Shown here piece after piece: positions 32,725 through 40,584 of a DNA stretch of 50,635 bases. A program made the translations under genes and the position numbers. Where the stretch lies: contig JBCCFN010000002.1 in NCBI GenBank assembly GCA_039029715.1, forward strand, positions 1 through 50,635, read 5' to 3'. The stretch comes from Actinomycetota bacterium. Its GTDB lineage: Bacteria > Actinomycetota > Acidimicrobiia > Acidimicrobiales > SZUA-35. The number at the start of each line of letters is the position of its first letter. Position 1 is the stretch's first letter. The notes below the pieces were generated by a model, which had not been told where the DNA came from, ran no database searches, and was given only the letters and a program-made list of their open reading frames with translations.

Positions 32725-34656
32725 CTAGACGAGCGAAGCGTCTGCCACGATGTCGACCAGCGACGGCCCGTCGTAGGCAAGTGCCTCGGCCAGGGCGCCG
32801 GCCAGCTGGTCCGCCCGCTCGACCCGGAACCCTCGGGCTCCGCAGTTCTCGGCGAACTGGGCGAAATTGGGGTTGTGGAGGCTGGTCTGCCACACGTCCA
32901 GGTCGGCCGATCGCTGCTCCTTGGAGATCTTGCCCAGCTCCCGGTTGTCGAGCAGCACGTGGGTGATGTTCATGCCGTACTTCACCGCCGTGGTCAGCTC
33001 CATGGCGTACTGCCCGAACCCGCCGTCGCCGGACACGCTGACCACCTGCCGACCGGTCCTGGCCGCCCACGCCCCCATCGCAGCCGGGAACCCGAACCCG
33101 ATCGACCCCAGGTAGCCGGACATCAACACGGTGTGGCGGTCGACCTCGAAGTATCGGCCGAAGCTGTAAGTGTTGTTGCCGACGTCGACGGCGATGACGG
33201 CGTCTGGATCGACCGCATCGGTCAGGGCGGCGAAGATAGCGGCCGAGGCGACCCCGGCCCCCTTGTCATCTCCGAGGCGGGATGCCTTCTCGGCCCGCCA
33301 GATCGACCAGCGCGCCGCGACCTCGGCCGCATGATCCGTGGTCGCCACCTCGGCCGGGAGGGCGTCCTGCATGGCCGAGGCCACCACCCCGACGTGACCG
33401 AGGACGCCGACGGTGACCGGATGGAACCGGCCGAGGGCCATCGGGTCGTAGTCGACCTGGACGATCGGCTTGTAGGGCGCAATGCCGGTGTGGTTGGCGA
33501 ACGAGGCCCCGAAGGCGACGATCAGGTCACTCTCGTTCATGAACCAGCTGGCGATCGGGGTCCCGGACCGGCCGAGGACCCCACACCCGAGGGGGTGGTG
33601 GTCGCTGATCTGGCCCTTGCCCTTGAACGTTGTCGCCACCGGGGCCCCGAGCCGCTCGGCCAGGGCGATGATCGGCTCCATGTCGTGGCGGGCGCCGGGG
33701 CCGACGAGGCTCAGCGGCCGCTCCGCCCGGGTCAGCAACGCCTTGGCCTCCTCGAGCGCCTCGGCCGGCGGCGGAGTGGTCCGGACCCCGGTCCGGCCCT
33801 CCGGACCCGAGGCCGGGGCGTCGCTTGGCTGGATCTGGACCTCGTCCGGAAAGATGAGGTGGCTGACGTCTGCCTCGACCAGGGCGGTCTTGCACGCCAG
33901 GTTCATCAACTCGGTGTGGTTGGATCCGGCCAGCACCGTTTTGCTGTAGCGGGCGACGTCTGCGAACGCGGCCTCCAGGTCCAGGTCCTGGAACGCCCCC
34001 CGCCCCATGGTCGACGACGGGACCTGACCGGACAGGGCCAGCACCGGGGCCCGGTCGACCTTGGCGTCGTACAGGCCGGTCAACAGGTTGGTCGAGCCGG
34101 GGCCGGCGATCCCGAAACAGGCGGCCGGACGGCCGGTCAGCTTCCCGTAGCCGGAGGCGGCGAAGGCGGCCGCCCCCTCGTGGCGGACGCCGATGTAGAT
34201 CAGGTCGCCCCGACCCTCGGCCACCCGGAGGGCATCGCCGAACCCGAGATTGGAGTGACCGACGATGCCGAACACCGCGTCCACACCCCAGGCCGTCATC
34301 GTCTCGACCATCGCGTCTGACACGGTCCGGGCCGGGGTCTCCTCGTCCGGCAGGACGGCGTAGACCCCGTCGTCCCGGACCTCGACCTGGTACGAGGCCG
34401 GGGCATCATCGAACGGGGGCGGCGGCTTGCCAGTGAGCGGATCGTAGTCGTAGCCGTGCCACGGGCAACGGAGATGCCCGCCCTCGATCGAGCCCTCGCC
34501 GAGCGGGCCGCCCTGGTGGGGGCAGTGGTTGTCGAGACAGCCGTACTTGCCGTCGTGATGGGTGACCGCCAGCGTGTGGTGGCCGATCGTCACCGTGGTG
34601 ACCCGACCCTCGGGAAGCTCATCGTGATCGAGGATCTTGTGTGCGGTTTCGCTCAC
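32725..34656 (-). CDS. Rieske [2Fe-2S] domain fused to a thiamine-pyrophosphate enzyme (pyruvate oxidase / acetolactate synthase superfamily)
   Basis: N-terminal CPHQGGPL...CPWHGYDY (CxH...CxxH). Then the TPP Pyr domain GVDAVFGIVGHSNLGF...GPGSTNLLTGLYDA, a middle domain, and the PP domain with GDGGFGQYAMELTTAVKYGMNITHVLLDN (GDG-x24-27-N). Confidence 0.85.
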   Translation of the reverse strand: MSETAHKILDHDELPEGRVTTVTIGHHTLAVTHHDGKYGCLDNHCPHQGGPLGEGSIEGGHLRCPWHGYDYDPLTGKPPPPFDDAPASYQVEVRDDGVYAVLPDEETPARTVSDAMVETMTAWGVDAVFGIVGHSNLGFGDALRVAEGRGDLIYIGVRHEGAAAFAASGYGKLTGRPAACFGIAGPGSTNLLTGLYDAKVDRAPVLALSGQVPSSTMGRGAFQDLDLEAAFADVARYSKTVLAGSNHTELMNLACKTALVEADVSHLIFPDEVQIQPSDAPASGPEGRTGVRTTPPPAEALEEAKALLTRAERPLSLVGPGARHDMEPIIALAERLGAPVATTFKGKGQISDHHPLGCGVLGRSGTPIASWFMNESDLIVAFGASFANHTGIAPYKPIVQVDYDPMALGRFHPVTVGVLGHVGVVASAMQDALPAEVATTDHAAEVAARWSIWRAEKASRLGDDKGAGVASAAIFAALTDAVDPDAVIAVDVGNNTYSFGRYFEVDRHTVLMSGYLGSIGFGFPAAMGAWAARTGRQVVSVSGDGGFGQYAMELTTAVKYGMNITHVLLDNRELGKISKEQRSADLDVWQTSLHNPNFAQFAENCGARGFRVERADQLAGALAEALAYDGPSLVDIVADASLV

Positions 34657-34811
34657 CGTCGCAGACCTCCGTGGGTTGGGCGAGGCTGAGCAGGAACGTT
34701 ACCTCGCCGGTCCCGGTAGAAGCTCGACGACTCATGGTCGAATTCAGTCACGGGTGCGATCACCGCCGGCCGATTCGAGGTCATCGCCCGAGGCGCCGGA
34801 CGGTCGGGGCC

Positions 34812-34829
34812 ATGGGCCGATCGGCCCAT
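34812..34829. promoter_or_regulatory. perfect 18-bp palindrome ATGGGCCGATCGGCCCAT (candidate operator or hairpin)
   Basis: Verified by reverse-complementing by hand. A related site, GGGCCG-CT-CGGCCC, lies at 34870-34883. Both sit in the 282-nt divergent intergenic region. Confidence 0.4.
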
Positions 34830-34938
34830 CCGGAGAGGTGAGGTGTCCTCCGACCATGTGCTTCGGGCTGGGCCGCTCGGCCCGACCTCGGTCGAGTCCA
34901 TTGCCCGGGTTTGAGGGCCTCGGTACGTTCGGCGAAGG

Positions 34939-37089
34939 ATGAGCCAGAATCACCGCCTCCTCCGCCCGTTTGTCGTCCTCGTGGTCGTGGTCACCGCACT
35001 GATAGGCGTGACGCCGGCCTCGGCCGAGACCGAGAGCCGATGGGACGGCGAGCTGACCGTCGCCGATGCGGTCTCCCTCAGTGACGTCCCGGCCAACCGT
35101 TGGGGTCTGACAACCCTGGACCGAGGGTCGGAGTTCTTCCAGTACTACTCCCACGCCTTCGCCATCACCCAGATCGGCGACCGGCTCTACGTCGGCGGCA
35201 AGTTCCGCGACGTGACAAACGGTTCGCGGACCGAGTCCCAGCCGTTCCTGGCCGCCTTCGATGTCGACACCGGCCAGTGGATCGAGTCGTTCCGTCCGTC
35301 GATCGACTGGAGCGTGTTCGCCCTCGTCCCCTCACCCAACGGTGACCGGCTGTTCGTCGGGGGCGAGTTCACAACCGCCGGCGGTCCGAACACCGCGGCC
35401 TTCGCCGCCCTCGACCCGACCACGGGGCGGATCGATCCGACCTTCGACGTGCGGGTCACCCGGGAGTGGAGCGACGATGCGCCCCGCATTCACGCCATGG
35501 ACATCCAAGGCGACTGGCTCTACCTCGGCGGGGCGTTCTCCCACGTCACCGGCAACGGCGAGCGGATCCAGAGCTCCCGGGCGGCCAGGGTGTCGCTGAG
35601 TACCGGCCGACCGGATCGGGCCTGGCGGCCGAACGTGGCCGGCGGCTCGATCTGGGAGATCGAGGCCAGCGCCCGGGGCGACCGGGTCTATCTCGGCGGC
35701 ACCCACCTGATGACCCAGGGCCAGGTGACCAAGGGGTTCAGCGTGGTCGATGCGGCAACCGGCCAGCTGGTCCCTGGCATCCCGCTCGATTACGGCGTGA
35801 CCAACCACACCCATCGGGGTGGGGTCGAGGGCTACGTGTTCGTCGCAACCATCGTCGAGGTCGGCGATCGGGTCTTCACCGGCGGCCAGAAGCACAACCT
35901 GGTCTTCGCCGAGCGTGACGACATGGGCGTCCTCCGGACCCACCAGACCAACCGTTGGACCGCTCGCTGGGGCGGCGGTGACATGCAGGCCATGGCCCTG
36001 GCCGGGGATGTGTTGTTCGTCAGCTGTCACTGCTGGGGCCTGGTCCACGAGCTCGGCACCGACTACTACCGGGACGCCCGGGGCGTCCTGGCCTTCGATG
36101 CCCGGACCGGCGACCACCTGGAGGGCTATGCCCCGGAGATGGGCGGCGTCGACGGACCGTGGGCCCTCCACGTGGCGGACGACGACTGCCTGTGGATCGG
36201 GAGCGACATCACCCGGTCCGGTGGAGTCCGGACCAACGGCCTGATCAGGCACTGCCCGGCCGACGGTCCCCGGACCCCGGCCGATCGTCCGGCCCCCGCC
36301 GGTCCCCCGGCCGTCCCGCCGGCCCCGGCTCCGGCCGGCCCCCCGGCGGTCCCGAGCGGGTTGACCGCTGCGGCCGACAATGGGGCGGCCGCCCTGTCCT
36401 GGGACGCGGTGGCCGGCGCCCGGAGCTACCTGGTCTACCGGAACGGCGCCTACATCGGCTGGACCACGGACACCTCGTATCGGGACGCCGGCGTCCCGGC
36501 GGGGCCGGTGCAGTACCGGCTGCGGGCGACCAATGCCGACGGCCGAAGCGACCGGACCGAGCCGGTCACGGTCGTGGTTCAGGACCTCGCACCACTGACC
36601 GCCCCGACCGACGTGGTGGCGAGCGCGAACGGCGCAGACGCCGTGGTGACCTGGACCGAGGTTCCGGCCGCCCGTAGCTACCTCGTGTATCGCAACGGCG
36701 CCTACATCGGCTGGTCGGCGTCGCCGACCCTCCGGGATGTCCAGCCCCCGAACGGGACGCTCAGCTACCGGGTCCGGGCCGTCAACGGCGGCGACCGGAG
36801 CCCACGGTCGGAGCCGGCGGAGCTGACCCTGCGTCCGGCCGGCCCGCCTGCGGTCCCGACCGGCCTGACCGCCACGGTCGACGGCGGCGAGGTCACGCTC
36901 GGCTGGACCGGCGGTGAGGACGTCCGCTCGTACCTGATCTACCGCGACGGCGGCTACGTCGGTTGGACCGCCGGACCGTCCTTCGTCGACACCGGGGTGC
37001 CGGCCGGCGATCGGGTCTATGAGATCCGGGCCACCAACCGTCACGGCCGGAGCGACAAGTCGGCACCGGTCTCGGCGACGGTCCGCTAA
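34939..37089 (+). CDS. secreted beta-propeller (DUF5122/delta-60-repeat-like) protein with three C-terminal FN3-like repeats
   Basis: Signal peptide LLRPFVVLVVVVTALIGVTPASA. Repeated LYVGGxF...G...AAxD..TG blades. Three repeats of about 80 aa (about 36340-37086) share SYLVYRNGAYIGW / SYLIYRDGGYVGW cores. Confidence 0.75.
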   Translation: MSQNHRLLRPFVVLVVVVTALIGVTPASAETESRWDGELTVADAVSLSDVPANRWGLTTLDRGSEFFQYYSHAFAITQIGDRLYVGGKFRDVTNGSRTESQPFLAAFDVDTGQWIESFRPSIDWSVFALVPSPNGDRLFVGGEFTTAGGPNTAAFAALDPTTGRIDPTFDVRVTREWSDDAPRIHAMDIQGDWLYLGGAFSHVTGNGERIQSSRAARVSLSTGRPDRAWRPNVAGGSIWEIEASARGDRVYLGGTHLMTQGQVTKGFSVVDAATGQLVPGIPLDYGVTNHTHRGGVEGYVFVATIVEVGDRVFTGGQKHNLVFAERDDMGVLRTHQTNRWTARWGGGDMQAMALAGDVLFVSCHCWGLVHELGTDYYRDARGVLAFDARTGDHLEGYAPEMGGVDGPWALHVADDDCLWIGSDITRSGGVRTNGLIRHCPADGPRTPADRPAPAGPPAVPPAPAPAGPPAVPSGLTAAADNGAAALSWDAVAGARSYLVYRNGAYIGWTTDTSYRDAGVPAGPVQYRLRATNADGRSDRTEPVTVVVQDLAPLTAPTDVVASANGADAVVTWTEVPAARSYLVYRNGAYIGWSASPTLRDVQPPNGTLSYRVRAVNGGDRSPRSEPAELTLRPAGPPAVPTGLTATVDGGEVTLGWTGGEDVRSYLIYRDGGYVGWTAGPSFVDTGVPAGDRVYEIRATNRHGRSDKSAPVSATVR

Positions 37090-37898
37090 CCAACCCGCTT
37101 CCGGGCCCGATATGCGGACGGGCTGGTGCCCTCGACGGCCCGGAACCGCTTGTTGAAGTAGTGGGGATCGGCGATGCCGATCCGCCGCCCGATCTCTCCG
37201 ACCGGCAGGTCGGTCCCGACCAGCAGCTCCCTGGCCAGGGCCAGGCGCCGATCGAGGAGGTAGCGGTGCATGGTCACCCCGTGGACCCGGCGGAACTGGC
37301 GGGCCAGAAGGTTCTGGCTGACCCCGACTCGTTCGGCCAGCTGACCGACGGCCAACGGCCGGTCGAGGTGGAGGTCGAGGAAACGGGCCGTTGCCTCGAC
37401 CGCCTCTCGGATGTCGGCTCGGCCGGTCCCCGCCGCAGCCGCCGGTCTGGTCGCCAGCCAGAGCAGCAGGTTCTGCAGCCCGACGGACGAGGCAAGCCCG
37501 GCCAGCGGCTCCCGCCCGGCCACCCGGTGCTGGAACACGATCCGCTCGATCATCGACGCAGCGGCCGAGGCGTCCCGGCCCAGCCGGTGATGGACGGCCA
37601 GCGGCACGGTCGCCTGGCCGTCGGCCGGCAGGAAATGGACGACCAGGTGGCTACCCCCGCCGCCGTCGACGTCGTACCACGACGGCACCCGCCGAGGGGT
37701 CAGCGTGACGTCGCCCTGGCCGAAGCCGACCGTGCGGTCACCGATCCGGACCCGGCCCGGGTACCCGTGGACGTGGAGGGCGTAGTGGTCACCGAGGTAG
37801 CGGGTCGGGAAACCGGCATCGTCGATCGAGGCCCAGGTCGCGGTCCGGATCCTCGGTGGCCCATGGAGTCCGAGCTCGACCGCCCCGATGCCGTCCAT
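37086..37898 (-). CDS. AraC-family transcriptional regulator
   Basis: From the ATG at 37898. C-terminal double HTH: LAVGQLAERVGVSQNLLARQFRRVHGVTMHRYLLDRRLALARELL...IGRRIGIADPHYFNKRFR. The track start at 38819 is an extension. Confidence 0.85.
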   Translation of the reverse strand: MDGIGAVELGLHGPPRIRTATWASIDDAGFPTRYLGDHYALHVHGYPGRVRIGDRTVGFGQGDVTLTPRRVPSWYDVDGGGGSHLVVHFLPADGQATVPLAVHHRLGRDASAAASMIERIVFQHRVAGREPLAGLASSVGLQNLLLWLATRPAAAAGTGRADIREAVEATARFLDLHLDRPLAVGQLAERVGVSQNLLARQFRRVHGVTMHRYLLDRRLALARELLVGTDLPVGEIGRRIGIADPHYFNKRFRAVEGTSPSAYRARKRVG

Positions 37899-37991
37899 TC
37901 GCGAAAACGTACCAACGACAGCACGATCGGTCCGTTTTGCCGGCGACCGGCGGCGGGCAGCATCTGACGTACCGGACCGAGGAGTGAGCCC

Positions 37992-38789
37992 ATGACGACC
38001 AGTGACCAGGCCAGCATCGCCGACGGGTTTCGACGAGACGGCTTCCACCTCGCCCGGGGTCTGTTCACCCCGGAGGAGGCGGCGACGCTGCGGGGTGAGG
38101 CCCACGCCATCATCGACCGGCTTGGCAGACGCTACGACCCGAACGCCACCTGGCGGAGCGTCGACGCCGCCGGGGTCGACCCGGACGCGGTCCGGCTGCG
38201 CCACTGCCACGACGCCCATCTCCACTCGGCGGCGTTCACCCGGGCCCTGCTCGACCAACGGCTGGTCGACCTGCTTGCCCTGTTCCTCGACGGCGACGAT
38301 GTGCAGCTCCACCACAACAAGCTGTTCGTCAAACCGCCGCGGGAGGGAGCGCCGTTCCCGTTCCATCAGGACTGGCCGTTCTTCCCCCATCATGACGACT
38401 CGCTGATCGCCGCCATCGTCCACCTCGACGACGCACCGGCGGACCGGGGCTGCCTCGACCTGGTCGCCGGGTCCCACCTCGACGGGCGGCGGTCGCACGT
38501 CGGCCAGCCGGATTGGCATCTGCCGCAGGACTTGGTCGACATCGGCTCGGTGACAAGCGTCCCGGCCCGGGCCGGGGACGTGCTGTTCTTCAGCTACCTG
38601 ACCGTCCACGGCTCGGGACCGAACACCAGCGACAACGCCCGGACCACGTGGCTGATCCAGGTCCGCCGCCCGGACGACCTGCCGGAGATCGACCGACACC
38701 GGTCGCCGGGACAGGGAACGATGCTCCGCGGTGTGAACTCGGCCCAACCGCCACCACCGACCTCGCTCGGCGGCACGGCCATGGCCTGA
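37992..38789 (+). CDS. phytanoyl-CoA dioxygenase (PhyH) family Fe(II)/2OG oxygenase
   Basis: FRRDGFHLARGLFTPEE...FPFHQDWPFFPH (HxD)...GCLDLVAGSH...GDVLFFSYLTVHGSGPN. Confidence 0.8.
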   Translation: MTTSDQASIADGFRRDGFHLARGLFTPEEAATLRGEAHAIIDRLGRRYDPNATWRSVDAAGVDPDAVRLRHCHDAHLHSAAFTRALLDQRLVDLLALFLDGDDVQLHHNKLFVKPPREGAPFPFHQDWPFFPHHDDSLIAAIVHLDDAPADRGCLDLVAGSHLDGRRSHVGQPDWHLPQDLVDIGSVTSVPARAGDVLFFSYLTVHGSGPNTSDNARTTWLIQVRRPDDLPEIDRHRSPGQGTMLRGVNSAQPPPPTSLGGTAMA

Positions 38790-38917
38790 GCGATCGTTGG
38801 CCCGGAGTTGGTCTCCCATTGCCGCCCATGTCAGGTAGTCCTACCATCAGCGGAGACGGGGTCCGGCGAGCAGGCCGCCTCGACCCCGAACCCGGATGAG
38901 CCAACCACTGGTGGTCG

Positions 38918-39892
38918 GTGATGACGAGTAGGCAGAACCTGGTGGTCGTCGGCGCTGGACTGATCGGCCTGACCACGGCCGTTCGCCTGGTCGAGGCCGG
39001 CCATGACGTCACCGTCCTCACGGCCGAGGACCCGCTGCTGACCACGTCGACCTCGGCCACCGGCATGGTCGGGATGGGGTTCGGCCAGCCGTTCGAGCAG
39101 ATCGCCCGGTGGCGGGCGTCGACCGCGGCCGAGCTGTCGACGCTCTTCGACCGCGGGATCGGGGTCCGGACCCAGCCGGGGTTGCTCGCCGGCCGGGATC
39201 GGTTCGACGCCCCCCAGATACTCCACTCGCTGCCCGGGTTCCGGGTCGCAGACCAGGCCGAGGTACCGGACGGGTTCCTGCCCGGGTTCTGGGTCGACAT
39301 GATCGCGGTCGATCTCGACCGGTACCTGCCGTACCTGGTCGACCGGCTGGAGACCGCCGGTGCCATGATCGTCCGCCGCCGAGTCGACGACCTGGCCGCC
39401 ATCGATGCCGAGACGATCGTCAACTGCTGCGGCATCGGAGCGAAACGGCTGGTCGACGATCCGGCGCTCCGGGCGGACTGGGGGATGCACGTGATCCTGG
39501 AGAACCGGATCGGCCTGGATCACCACTTCATGGAGATGCCGTCCGGCATGCGCCAGTGGATCTCCTGGATGCCCCACGGTGATCGGATCCTGATCGGCGG
39601 CGCATCGATCCTGGATCGGCTAGACGCCGATCCCGATCCGCAGGTCCAGGCCGAACTCCTCGACATCCTCCGCCACACCTGGCCGGCCCTGGCCGACTGC
39701 CGGACCATCGGGACCAACGCCGGCGTTCGGCCACAGCGCAGCACGGTCCGGGTCGAGGCGGAGCAACTGCCGGACGGACGAACGCTGATCCACAACTACG
39801 GCCACGGCGGGTCGGGGCTCACCCTGTCCTGGGGCAGCGCGGACGACGTGCGCTCCCTGCTGGCCGGCGCGTCGGGGGTGACCGGTGGCTGA
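38918..39892 (+). CDS. FAD-dependent oxidoreductase of the D-amino-acid oxidase (DAO) family
   Basis: NLVVVGAGLIGLTTAVRLVEAGHDVTVL (GxGxxG) and the C-terminal DAO signature LIHNYGHGGSGLTLSWG. Confidence 0.85.
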   Translation: MMTSRQNLVVVGAGLIGLTTAVRLVEAGHDVTVLTAEDPLLTTSTSATGMVGMGFGQPFEQIARWRASTAAELSTLFDRGIGVRTQPGLLAGRDRFDAPQILHSLPGFRVADQAEVPDGFLPGFWVDMIAVDLDRYLPYLVDRLETAGAMIVRRRVDDLAAIDAETIVNCCGIGAKRLVDDPALRADWGMHVILENRIGLDHHFMEMPSGMRQWISWMPHGDRILIGGASILDRLDADPDPQVQAELLDILRHTWPALADCRTIGTNAGVRPQRSTVRVEAEQLPDGRTLIHNYGHGGSGLTLSWGSADDVRSLLAGASGVTGG

Positions 39893-40574
39893 GTCGACCG
39901 AATCCCAAGACTCCGGCGGCCCGCACCGGGCACTCCCGCTCACCCCCGGACGCTACGTCGACCACATCGTCTGGGGTGCCCCGGACACCGATGCGGCGAT
40001 CGAGACCCTCGAGGACCTGACCGGGGTCCGAGCCCGGATCGGCTCGATGCCGACCCATGCCGACTACCCGACCCGGAGCGCATCGATCGGCCTGGGGAAC
40101 GGGGCGTTCTTCGAGATCTATGGCCCGAACCCGAACTATCGGGGACCGGAGAACTTCTTCCACGCCCTGCTGACCGGCCTGACCGAGCCCCGCCTCCTCA
40201 CCTGGTTCGTCCGGGTCGACGATCTTCCGGCCGTGCTCGACCACCTGGCCGAGCGGGGCCATGACGGACGGCTCATGATCGACCAGTGGGAGCGGACCGA
40301 GGCCGCGTCGTTCCGGAACGCCCAGATCACCGCCCTGGCCCTGGATCCAGCCGCGCCCCGGATCATCGAATGGAACGATCGCCAGGGCATGGATGCCAAG
40401 CTCGGGGCCGAGTTGACGCTTCGCCGGCTCCGGATAGCAAGCGACGATGCTGCGGTCGGGCGGGTGCACGACGCCCTCGGTCTCGACGCAGCGACCGACA
40501 TCGACCTGGCACCCGGAGCGACGGCGTTCTCCGTCGAACTCCAGGGTCCCGGCGGGCCGGTCACCATCACGTGA
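39885..40574 (+). CDS. VOC / glyoxalase-like domain protein
   Basis: GTG start overlapping the DAO gene stop by 8 nt. VDHIVWGAPDTDAAIETLEDLTGV...GNGAFFEIYGPNP resembles Glyoxalase_3-type proteins. This is a family-level call only. Confidence 0.65.
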   Translation: MAESTESQDSGGPHRALPLTPGRYVDHIVWGAPDTDAAIETLEDLTGVRARIGSMPTHADYPTRSASIGLGNGAFFEIYGPNPNYRGPENFFHALLTGLTEPRLLTWFVRVDDLPAVLDHLAERGHDGRLMIDQWERTEAASFRNAQITALALDPAAPRIIEWNDRQGMDAKLGAELTLRRLRIASDDAAVGRVHDALGLDAATDIDLAPGATAFSVELQGPGGPVTIT

Positions 40575-40584
40575 GGTCGACGAG

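Noticed and set aside
31906-34320. 804-aa plus-strand ORF, the longest in the track apart from the real 807-aa gene at 15456-17879.
   Set aside because: It is antisense to the DUF427 and Rieske-TPP genes, both unambiguous by motif. Its product is a low-complexity Gly/Arg/Asp/Val/Pro string.
34657-34938. Possible TPP riboswitch upstream of the TPP-dependent Rieske fusion gene, given the long 282-nt leader region.
   Set aside because: I could not find the conserved CUGAGA / ACCUGAUCUGGAUAAUGCCAGCG-type elements on the minus strand. TPP riboswitches normally control thiamine biosynthesis or transport genes, not TPP-using enzymes.
35332-37044. 570-aa minus-strand ORF opposite the propeller/FN3 gene.
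   Set aside because: It is a shadow ORF. The plus frame has the signal peptide and the periodic domain repeats.
37899-37991. Short repeats in the AraC/PhyH divergent region (ACGTACC twice; AAAACG...CGTTTT).
   Set aside because: These are only 6-7 nt words, which is too short to separate from chance without comparative data.
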